Shown: in pieces, positions 24,901-36,900 of the stretch
How the letters are laid out: every line of letters begins with the position of its first letter
Numbering within the stretch: the stretch's first letter is position 1
Source of the DNA: Camelus dromedarius
Lineage: Eukaryota
Direction: 5' to 3'
Assembly (NCBI RefSeq): GCF_036321535.1
Contig: NC_087472.1
Span: 100,504,001 to 100,568,000 of the forward strand
Length of the DNA: 64,000 bases
Translations under genes and position numbers: made by a program
The notes under the pieces: generated by a model
Seen by the model: only the letters and a program-made list of their open reading frames with translations
Database searches by the model: none
What the model was told of the DNA's origin: nothing

Positions 24901-27900
24901 AAGACATGTTTTCATTTCCCTGGGGCAAATACGTAGGAGTGGGTTTGCCAGGTCACAGGACAAAGTGTCTGTTTCTTTATTAGTGATTTTTCTATTATAT
25001 GTTCATAAAGTGATTTGGCTCTCTGTTATAGAAATTGTTCACACCAGCAGCATCAGTGTTTCTGATCTTGAGAACCAAGTGTTCCGGATGGAGAAGGCTC
25101 TGTCCTTAGGCAGCTTGGAGCCTAACCTCGCAGGACAAATGATAAACCAAGTCAGCAAACTCCTTCATTCCCCGCCCACCTTGCTGGCCCCTCTGGCCCA
25201 AAGGTATGACTTAGCAAACTAATGTGGTCGTGAAAGGGGACCCTCTAATAATAAATGATGCCTCTATAGCCAAGTGTTTTTCTCCTATGTGTGAGGTTCA
25301 TAATGACTTGTTAAGTTGCTACTCTATTCTGCTTATACTGGGAAAGACAAAGTAGGAGTGCTGAATTTGAAGCGCCACTTCTCTCTACAGATTGCTAAAA
25401 GTAGTGGATGACATTGGCTTACAGCTGAATTTTTCAACCAAGAGTATAAGTCTGACCTCCCCTTCTTTGGCTCTGGCCGTGATTAGAGTGAATGCCAGTA
25501 ATTTCAACACAACTACCTTTGCTGCCCAAGACCCTGCAAATCTTCAGGTACATCCTAATTTATTATGGAAAAATCCTTTTTCTGTATATGATTATTGTCC
25601 TCATGTGCTTCATGATTGAGGCAATGACTGCTTATACTTAGGGGTAATATTCAAAATATTTAACATCTAGAACAATGGAGGCACCACAGAATCAAAAAAG
25701 GACTTTAGTCTTGGCCGGAGCAGGATCTCAGAGGTCCTTGTTGTGCTCAGTATTAACCCTTTAGCAGCTGGATTGTGGAAGTTTAGTGGTGGGCGGGGGC
25801 AAAGTGGGAGAGGTGCCCAGCAGGTTCTAGGCAGTTGGGAGAGAGCAAGGACACCAGCTACTTATCAGTCCATTTCAGTATTTTAACAAATGTCATGACT
25901 ACACTGGTGTGAATAGTGGTGCTGAATATCAATCCTGCTTCTAGGGTTTTCTACCCATGTATTAGAGGGATTGGGGGCTGGAAACACCCAAGTAAAACCA
26001 AGTCTTGCCTTTTAACTTAATTTTTATAGTCTTCCCTTTGCAAGTTTAGTGCATGTGGTTCTATGATGACTTTGCCCTAGCAGGTCACCAGGTTGGTGTG
26101 TCTGCTGCAGTTGTCTTGAACTTTCTTCTTTTTTCCCCCAGTTTCATTGAGCTGTAATTGACATATAATATCCTGCTGTTTCTGAGTGTTTCTGTGTATC
26201 ATTTATCCTTAAAATGTTTTCTTTCCTGCTCTGAGGCCTCATCTCCTTATTACACATCCTCTAATTTCATAGCAATCAGAGAAATAAGAACCAATGTGAC
26301 ATAGAGACACCATAAGTAATGCCCTTACAGGATCCTCCATCTTAATTAGTTGTTGTGTCTTCTGTCTCTTCATTATACTTGCCCCAGACATTTTTATGAT
26401 CTTTTGTTTGATTTTCAGGTTTCTCTGGAAACTCAGGCTCCTGGCAATAGTATTGGCGTTATTACTCTGCCTTCATCACTCATGAGTAATTTGCCAGCTA
26501 ATGATGTGGAGCTAGCTTCCAGAGTTCAGTTCAACTTTTTTGAAACACCTGCCCTGTTTCAGGTAAAACTGCATCTAATTGCTTTTGGTTTAGGGTTTTT
26601 GGGGGAATTGGGGGAGTCTTGTTTCTTTTAATTCTCACTTATTCTTAAGCCTACTGTAAGTCAAATGAACTGCTGAAAAGCTGCAGTTTATTTTTAAACA
26701 GGACCTGATGATGCTGGGGATGGTAAATAACGATAACCAACACTTCCATTGCATTTATCAATTGTCACGCACTAGCATAAGCACTTAGAAATGTTAACTC
26801 TAATCCTCTCAACAACTCTGTGAGGAAGGAACTACTAAACCATTATCTCCATTTTATAGATGATGCCGTGGAGGCACAGAGAGGTTAAGTAACTTGCTCA
26901 AGAACACACAGCTTAAATGGCTGAATGTTATGTTCCCTTTCAGATTCATGAGGATTTCATTGTGTCAGTCTATGAAATTTAACTCAGTATTTAGAGCATT
27001 GTATAGTGGAACAAGCTCTACTTCTAATTATGGCCCTTGGGAAAGTCACTTTACTCCCTGCCCCTGAATTTCAGACCTAGCTAGTAAAATAAGCAACGTG
27101 GACTAAATAGTCCTTAGGGTCTCTTCTAGCTCTAAAATTCTCTGATAACATTTCATTTTCCCTTGTCATCTTGTTGACTCTTTGGTGTTCTAGGACCCTG
27201 CCTTGGAGAACCTCTCTCTGATCAGCTATGTTATATCCTCAAGTGTTGCGAACCTGACCGTTAAGAACTTGACAAGAAACGTGACAGTCACATTAAAGCA
27301 CATCAGCCCAAGCCAGGTGGGTGGGGCCTGTGTGGTCTGTCCATTGACCAGAAGCACCTCACGCAAACTATGCCTGTAAGACGTGGCCTGAAAAAGTAGA
27401 TCCAGCAGAGCATTAGACTTGGTTAGGGCAGTGTGTAAGACTCGAATCACATAGTCACTCTGTTGGGTTTTGGCATGCCTGATAACTGACCTCCTACTTT
27501 CCAAGAAGGAGCAGTGTAAAAAGCAAGCCAAATTTCAAAATTTCAAAAAAAAAGCCAAAATGCCAAATTTCAGTGCATTCAGATCAGTGGCTGCAGGTCT
27601 GATTCTCACCTCCAAAGAGAAAGCTTTTCAGTTCAGATCACACTAAGCATCATCTGTGACCTCTCTACTCAAAGTGTGGTCTGTAGACCTGCAGCGTCAG
27701 CATCACCTGGGAGCTTGCTAGAAATGCAGACTCTCAGGCCCCACCCTAGATCCAGGGAATCAGAATGTGCCTTTTAACAAGGCTTCAAGGTGATTTCTAT
27801 GCATGCACAATTGTTGAGTTTTAAGAAGTGCTGACTTACATGAGACTTGCTTCTAGAGACCAATATAAAATAAGAACTCTCCTAAAATCAAGAATGAGAT

Positions 27901-30900
27901 TCTGAAATAAAAAATACCGTTTTTTTCCTAATTGCTTTTCAATTTTTTCAGTTCAGTAAATTAATTACTTATAATTTATCTTTCTACTGCAGGATGACTT
28001 AACAGTGAGATGTGTATTTTGGGACCTGGGCATAAACGGTAGGTTCCAGTCATACCTTTTTCAAAGTTTAAGTGGGTAGAGGAGGGGAAGCAAGGAGCAG
28101 TCTTTGGTTCAGTGGCCTTGCTGATGGAACAGACACTCTTCCCAATGCCAACAGGTGGCAGAGGAGGCTGGTCATCTGACGGCTGCTCTGTCAAAGACAG
28201 GAGGCTGAATGAAACCACCTGTACCTGCAGTCACCTTACAAGCTTCGGTGTCCTACTGGTAATAGCCCTACTCTACGTGGCCTTAGATTCTGGGTCTCAG
28301 GGGTAGCTAGGAATCATACCATGAGGTCTAATCTGATGGATGACTTTGATAAATCTGCAGATTTCATGATATTGTGGCAAAGTTATAGACCAATGAAATT
28401 TCTAATAAGCAAATGTACTTAAAGGAAAATACTTCAACATGGAAGTATTTTTCCTCATTCTATTTTCACATTTAAGTTTTTCTCTTTTAAGTAGCTGTAG
28501 GAGGACTAGGGAATGCAGATTAAAATGGGTAATAAAAATTGTTCAGTTTGCAGTGCACTTTAAAGTTTTTATAAAACACTTTGACATAAATTATCGTATT
28601 TAATGTCCCCAACAATCATGCAAGATGGGTAGAATGGGGTGTTGTTATTGTCACTCTAATGAAGTCAGAATTAAGACTCATTTATTAGGTAATTGTCCAC
28701 AGTCATAGAACTAAGAAATATAGGAGCCAGAAGCCAAATTCAAGTCTTTGCGCTTCTAGCCCAGTGCTTTTCCAGTGCATTGTAATGCAGGGATCAAGTA
28801 CATGCAATTTGGAGTAAGCCAGACCTGAATTTGGATCCTGGCTCCTCCTCTTAGTAGCTTTGTGACCCTAGACAAATTACTTAACCTCTCTGGGCCCCAG
28901 TTTTATTATCTTTACATGATGATAATAATTGTGCCTACCTTGTAGGTTTGTTGAATGAACTATGGATGGGCACTTAGAACACTCAATAAGTGTAAATTAT
29001 GACTCTGTTATTTATTTTAAAATATTTGGTCTTGAAAGCAATATTTTATTTTCCAGGACCTGTCTCGAACATCCTTGCCACCTGCTCAGATAATGGCTCT
29101 GACATTTATCACATATATTGGTTGTGGGCTTTCATCAATTTTTCTGTCAGTTACTCTTGTAACCTACATAGCCTTTGAGTGAGTATCCACAACTGGAAAC
29201 TTGGATTATATGACATAGTGCTCACCTCCATTGCCAAAATGTATTAAGTGAGCATGTTCCTTGACCTAGCTTATCCTGTCCACCCATCTAGTGGGGCCAA
29301 CTATATGTAAAACTTCAAGGGACTTTTTGGTTTATATACTCCCTTCCTTCCATGAGTGTGCACTCACTGAAGGCAGGGGTTGTGTCTTAACCATCTTTGT
29401 ACCCTAAAATGATGCCTGGTACCTAGTCGACATTAAGTAAGAAATGAAAGATGGATGCAGACCCTGAAATCGAAGAGCTTACAATGTGAAATAGACCATA
29501 GCTCCATGTACAGCATAAGAGCTATGTTTACTATATTAAGTTTCTAAATTATACCGAGCAAACACAAAAGATTAAATACATTAACAGATGTGGGGATGAA
29601 TAAAAGTAAAGGGTATCAAGCCTCACTGAAAAATATCAATACTCAGTGAATGTAGCTTTGTAGGTCAAAGCCAGACTGACATTCCAAATAACAGCATCTC
29701 CTTCTTGGCTTACCAGAGGGTCTCTTTGGTCATTTTGGGGGGTAATTCCAATAAATTCTGTTGGAAAAGAAGGAAATAAAGGTACTTTTACTGCATTAAC
29801 ATGTAAGTTCTGGGATTTAGATTTTGGACACTGATCAGGAAATGCACAAATTTACTTTTAATGCCCTTAGGATCCAGCTGTGACTACAGATCTTCTAGTA
29901 GACCTCTGGAAATATGATTAATGAGACTAAATTACTATAAGGCCAGCCATTACTCAGAATGATTTCACCAGATCTAATTTCACACACATAAACATGTACA
30001 TGTCAGCAGTTCGCTGTACTTTCCTATGCCTGTCTCATTTAGCTATAGTTTGAACTCTTCTTTCCATGATCTCATTTTAACTACTAACATAAGATAACAA
30101 GAGAATCTGGCTATGTTTTGAAGATCTGAATATAGGAGCCTATTATATGAGAAGCAGCAGCAATGCTTCTAGAAGTAGTTTGGGAGAAATGGGGGTAGGT
30201 GCTCAGTAGCTTTCACTGCAAACTATTTGAAAGGATGGGTTAGCAGTCAGCGTGTAAAAGGTTCCATAGAAATATAAACACGAATTTTCCATATGGTTAT
30301 CACAGGTGATTCTCTTTAGATTTTTCCTTTGTTGTTATTGTTGGTTTTAATGTGCACACACACACAGACACGCTCAAAGAGAGGAAATTTATACATATTG
30401 ATATTTACCAAAGAATAAAAATAAATTGCTTAGAACTCAGATATACTCACATAAACGTTAGTAGGTTGTGATGCTAATTCTTTTCTTGTCCTTTCCTTTT
30501 AGGAAGATTCGGAGGGATTACCCTTCCAAAATCCTCATCCAGCTGTGTGCAGCTCTGCTCCTGCTGAACCTGGTGTTCCTCTTGGACTCGTGGATTGCTT
30601 TGTATGACATAAGAGGCCTCTGCATCTCAGTGGCTGTATTTCTGCATTATTTTCTCTTGGTCTCATTCACATGGATGGGCCTGGAAGCATTCCATATGTA
30701 CCTGGCTCTTGTCAAAGTGTTTAATACCTACATCCGAAAATACATCCTTAAATTCTGCATTGTTGGTTGGGGTATGTATAATTTTTGCTTGCACATTGCC
30801 TGGGCTTTCTCTGCTTTTTCTCCAGGGTTTTGATTTTTTTAAATCAGATAGAGACAATGATGAAGCAGGTCACCCTTCGCAGGTTTCTAAAACAGCCTTA

Positions 30901-33900
30901 TTCTCCTCTTTAAGTTTCATTGCCCAAAGAGCCTCCTTGTCAAGTCTCTCTCTAGAACACCTGTATATATACTTATCCTGGATTGGTTGTGAACACAACA
31001 CTCTTCGAGGTTAGGGCTATGAATTCACTTGGTATCTCCAGCAACTAGAACTGGGGCTGGCACACAGAGGGTGCTCAATCAATTGAGAACATCAGCTTGG
31101 TGATGATGAGGCCAGACTTTCAATCCCCAAACTCCCAGCTAGCCTCACTCTGCTCTGTGCCTCCCAGACATCACACATGTGCATGGCAGTCCACTCGGAA
31201 GGGCAGAGTGAAAGAATGTGCAGATAAAATCTCATTTAACTTTATCACCACACCAGCATGGTATTTCAGATCATGCCGCCTGTTGGTGGTGGGTCCCAAA
31301 GTCTTAGATGCCCTCAAGATCATGATGGTTTCTTCATTCAACTTCCCACCAAAAGTAGGAGCCTCCTGGACTTGACTTATCCTTGACTAAAGATAATTTA
31401 ACCTCTGCTCGAATACTTCTATTATTGGGGAGCTCATTACCTTCATTAAAGAACAAAATTCAGTTGAGTAAATTTTAATGGTCTTACTGACTTTAGTTAC
31501 CAATTCACGAATCAGGCAGCATCCCATGTAGCAGATAGAAAGGAGCTCCGAGGAGCTGTACATAATGAAAGATTTTTTTTATAGGCAGAAGGAAGCAGGA
31601 ACAAGGAAGTCATTCTGGGCAAAACAGCAGGTTGGTTATTGTAAGGTTACTTTCCTTCAGGGGATGGCAGCGGTCTGTCAGGCAGATCACCTAACTAGTG
31701 CTGATAAGGCAATTTCTGATTGACTGGTTTAAGATTTCATTTCTAAGAAAGTCGAAGCTGTACTGGAGTTAAGTCTCATTTTGATGACCTGTGACTGGCA
31801 TAGGCGACTCCATTTTGGGCCTGTTGTCTTGTCTTTAATACCTTACATGGCAGCCAATGACCATTTTCTAAAGCTCTAGCGTTCTGCTTGTCCATTAAGT
31901 TCACTTGCCTCTCTGGTGGCACTTACCCTAACCAGCAGTCTCAGTTTTGCTCTCTCGGGCAAAAAAATAATCAGCTGACACCTTTTCTGCCAAAGTCCTT
32001 TAGATAATCTACAAGTAACATATCAGATTATATATAATGCCCTATTTCTCAACATATTTTCACACAAATAACCTCATAAAAGACAAGCCAGTGAAGTCAG
32101 CAAGGCAGTTATTGTTAATGCCAGGTGAAGAACCTGGCTCAAAGTGATGTCACGATTTACCCCAATTCCCACAGCTCAAGAACAGCCGAGCCTGGCTTTC
32201 TGATTTCTCATGCGTATCCCTTCCACTGTGTTACAGCTGCCATCCCTCCCAGACTCCCTCCTCTTCTTCAGGCTAAATATTCCTTCAGATATTCCCTACA
32301 CAATAGGGCTGCAGATCCTTTACCTCCCTTGTCATCCTGCCTGTCATTGTATCTTTGTGAAGAGTAACAAAACAGTACCTTTCCAGAAAAATAAGTCACT
32401 TCTTCCCATAAAAATAAGTCACTGTTTCTGATCTTGGGCATGGATTCTCTCTTATTTGTAGAATCCTGAAAGTCAGATTTCCTTGTCAAGGATAAGCTCC
32501 ATATCCCCAGTATTTTATTTTTAGGAAGGTGTCTCAGGAAGTCACCATGTGTCAGTGTCTCCGTGAGGTACAAATGTAAAAGCATTAAATGAAATATTAT
32601 GTTAGATTGTACCAGGTACCCCAACCTGTCTGTGAGAAGGAATTGTTTTTTATTTACCAGAGCCTCGAGATTGGGTTTCAGGCCGGTCTGTGTGCACAGA
32701 GGAGGAGGTGTTGGCATGGGGAGGCGAGTGATGGGGTGGAGGGGTGAGAAGGACCCCTTCCCAGCCTGGGAGGAGCCTATTGATTGTGCTTCCTCTTGGC
32801 CGAAGTGCAGCACCCCAAATCAACCAGGTCAGGCTTCTCGGTCCATCAACAGATTCTAGATAATCAGTTGAGGACTTTGGGGTTCATAATGAAAGATTTT
32901 CCAGAAGTTACTGGGAACCCTAATATGTTGACTATTTGGTTTACATTTTGGAGTCCTTCATTTTGTCTGCCACCTGACCCTTAAAATTACATTCCAGATG
33001 TGTAAAAGTTAAGAGTAACACTAGCTGCTATAGCAGACAAACCGCAAAAGAGTTTGGAGAAGAAGATAATTTCTCACACATGTGCAGTCCTGTCAGCAGG
33101 AGGTGGGGCGGGGGAGGTCTCTGGTCTTGCGGTTACTCAGGATCCAAACTGCTGGAGACTGTGCCTCAAGACAGCACTTCCAAGATCACCCTGAATTTGG
33201 GAGAAAAGAGTGGAAAATCAGTCTCACAAGAGGTTTTTATGGGATAGGCCAAGTGCTGGAGCAAATCACTTCTGTCCATATCCCACTGGCCAAGACCTAG
33301 TCAAGTGGTCAGGTACACCGAGCTGTAAAGAAAGGCTGGGAGATGTCCAGCTATGTGCTAAGGAGGAAGAGAACAGGTTTGGTGAACAGCTCACCAGTCT
33401 CTGCTGTTTCAGAAGAAAATAGAACATGATCTCTATTCCTTCTCCTCACCACCTTTGCTTATTAGAACTATGTGTGAACAATGTTTCCCGTCTTCCAGGG
33501 GTACCAGCTGTGGTTGTGACCATCGTCCTGATTATATCTCCAGACAACTACGGGCTTGGATCCTATGGGAAATTCCCCAATGGCTCGCCTGATGACTTGT
33601 GAGTACAAAGCCCCCTGTGGAATAAGTGAACTGGAGAACGAAATTCTTCAAGAAAATGGAAGATCTAATCAGCATATTGACTCTGGCTCTCATCCTGATA
33701 AAATCCAGTAACATTTACAGCAGACTTTGCAGTTATGTATGTAATGAGATAAGCTAGTTGGAGAAGCCATGCTGCTACTCAAGTATTAAAAAAAAAAATT
33801 AGGAGGAAGCACTTTGAAAATAGTTTTATAAGCTTGTGAGAAAAATGAAATACCAGCTACACTGTATTAGTAAAGACTCACAAAATAGAGTTACTAGGAT

Positions 33901-36900
33901 CTAAAGGGGATTAAATCCCTTAAAGTTTTCAAAGAATATTTTTTAAATACTTTCAATCACTAAATGTCCTAAAATAAACTCTCTTAGAGTTTTTCCCCTA
34001 GAGCTATAAATGGTGTCGGAGATCAGAGGTTTTATCTTTTTTTTCTTTTGTACTTGTAGGCAGATGTTTCAGTAAGATAGAGATTCACTATTATCATTTT
34101 GAACCATATTTCTGCATTGTAATGTGTTTTCCCCTGTTTTTCCCCCCAAATTCCAGTTGCTGGATCAACAGCAATGCTATATTCTATATTACAGTCGTGG
34201 GATATTTCTCTGTGATATTTTTGCTGAACGTCAGCATGTTCATTGTGGTCCTGGTTCAGCTCTGTCGAATTAAAAAGAAGAAGCAATTGGGAGCCCAGCG
34301 AAAAACCAGTATTCAAGACCTCAGGAGCGTTGCCGGCCTTACATTTTTACTGGGAATTACTTGGGGCTTTGCCTTCTTTGCCTGGGGACCAGTTAACGTC
34401 ACCTTCATGTATCTCTTTGCCATCTTTAACACCTTACAAGGTAAGCTCTACAGCACTAAATACACACTGGATGACCCAGTCAAACTTAAAAATATTGCTT
34501 CTAAAAGTTAGAGTATGTGCAAAGTGGCTTATTTAGTAGCTTAAGATACATTTGTTGAAAAACAGATTTTTCTTTGACAAAGGGTGTTCTGAGATCCTTG
34601 GAAGAGTGGCTAAATTCAGTAAATTCAAGTGGTCCTTTTTTCCTCCTTATCCATCACTACCTCCTTGGAGGGAACATATTGAGGGGAACCCACCAGAAAC
34701 TCTTTCTTAGAGAGCCAGTCACTCTTCCTTCACTTGGTTCCTCACTTTTTTTTTTTTTTTTTTTTGTCTTTAACTTTGTTACTGCAGTAGAACATGCATA
34801 CAGGAATGTGCAAGTACCATAAATGTCCCTGTGAGGTCTCACCACTCTGACCTCCAAGGTCTGTGTTTGACTGAAGACAGTGATAAACGTGAAGTCAGTG
34901 GCCAGGCCCAAGTGGCAGTAGCCTGGCCCAGTGGTGAATCCTGTGCAGTTGCTCTGCTGGGACATGCAGCGGGAAGGGCAGGTGCTGTGTGTGGCCCTCG
35001 CCCACCCTTGGAGCTTCCCGTTTGTTAATGAAGCCCAGCTGTGGTCATTTCGGAAGAGGGGAATCCTCTTCAGTTGTATTCCTTAGGAAAGCGAATAACT
35101 AATTCTTTTGGATCAGCATTATAAAAGAGTTGTCAGCTGTGATTAATTTTAAATGGAAGCACTTTGGCATTAAGAGTCAAGCCGGCTAATAGGTTTATTA
35201 CAGTATACAATAACAATAATCCAGGTCCCTTGGTTTCCTTTTATTCCAGATCCTCTGTTGGGATGCCTTTTAACTGCATTCTCATCCACTTGTTTTCACC
35301 TTCTCCTGGTGGCTTTCACCTCCCATAGCATCCTTTTGTAGTTCTATCAGGCAGTAGTTCATCTTGCTGGTTTTCAAAGAAATCCCAACCTGAGATTGAA
35401 TTCAAATGCCTAACTTGGCTACCGGTTCTTATTTTATTTGGAGGAAGCCAGTTAATATGCTTGTTGATTTTACATACTGTTTAGTTTTACAACAGTTTTA
35501 CAACATTACAACACTACAATGTACCAGTTCCTGAATTGGTAGACCCATGTTGCACTACGTAATATTAGATAGAAAAGTTTTATTTGCCAACAATGGCATG
35601 CTAAAAGTAAGAGACACTTAAAGAGAAAAAAAGTATGCCCAAATCACACTAATCATAAACATGAAAGCAAGATACTCACCCTCACATATTTCAGGTGGAA
35701 ACTGAACCTGCCTCTTTCTCATTTCCCCGGAATGTCTTCTCATTAGAATATGAATGAATAGAAGTGTTACAGAAATGACAGGTCAGCCAAGAAACAAGCA
35801 CCACTCGGAGGGTTGGAGTACTCAGATGTATTACGCCGGCAGGCTCAGAGGGGCTTCTGCTCCAAAGCTCTGAGCACCTCCAAGACGTGCGCATGAGGTT
35901 TTACAGGGTAAAGTACAAGCTTGGGGTATTCGGCCAATAGGCATGGAACAGCTTTAGCAGCATTGTCATCACAAAAGTGGAGGCGGGGAGGCAGCAAACC
36001 AACATTCCAAAGCCAGATATGTATCTTTGAAAACCCAGCTGGCTATCAGAAAACATGGACAGCAAACCAACACTAATTAACCTAGATTTACAAGTTAGTC
36101 TAGCAGAACTCAGATCAGTATTCCAATACTTAGATTTGTGAGTTATCTTGTTAGACCAGCCCAGCCTCTCCTTCACATTCCTAGACTTGTGAGTTATCTT
36201 GTTAGACCAGCCCGGCTTTTCCTTCACAGAAGGATTGTATTGTTTCATTTATAAAAGGGAACAAATGCCTGATTCACAAGGCTATTGGATTGATGAAAAG
36301 AGAGATGTGAACAGGTTCTGATTTGGGCCTTGGGTACCCCAATTTTGATCTCTCAAACATGTTGTTCCTCCCCTAATGCAACCAGGTGTAGTCACCCAGG
36401 GTGGCAGATGGACAAAGGTGTGCAGTATCTGACATTTTAGTCTTCAGAGTAGGCATGTGTACCTTAGCAGAAGCAAACCTGATACTTTAAAATGAAGGTT
36501 TTAAAGTAGGTAGATTGAGGATTGGAGAGAAAGAGAACTCAGAATTCATCCACTCATTCAGCTAATATTTATTTGCTTTAAAAGCCTTGGGGAGTGGTAG
36601 CGATGGGGCTGGGTGGGGGTCCCTGTGCCTGCATGCGGTGGGGGGAGCCAGAGCCTAGGGCCCCTTTGAGAATGCCAGTGGAGAATTTCCTTGAACAGGT
36701 TAGAAGGAGGCTAGAAGGCAGACAAGGACATGGCTGCAGTGCCCCAGGTCTGGGAGGATGAGGGAAGGCCCGGGGAAGGAACATAGCTGTGGACTAGAGA
36801 GGAGGAATGAGGGATATGAGACAAAGGAGGAGATGGCATTTGCCAGAACTTGGAAATCAATTATACCTATGGAGGGATGGGGTGGTAGGAACTGGCAACT

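Noticed and set aside
24791..25222. 143-aa ORF fusing antisense L1 sequence to ADGRG2 coding sequence
   Set aside because: Chance stop-free run from L1 into the exon; a proper acceptor at 25030-25031 explains the exon.
32268..32813. 181-aa minus-strand ORF
   Set aside because: Intronic, no recognisable domain or splice context.
35901..36248. 115-aa ORF with repeated [10 protein letters not shown]
   Set aside because: Translation of the 51-bp tandem repeat within an LTR.
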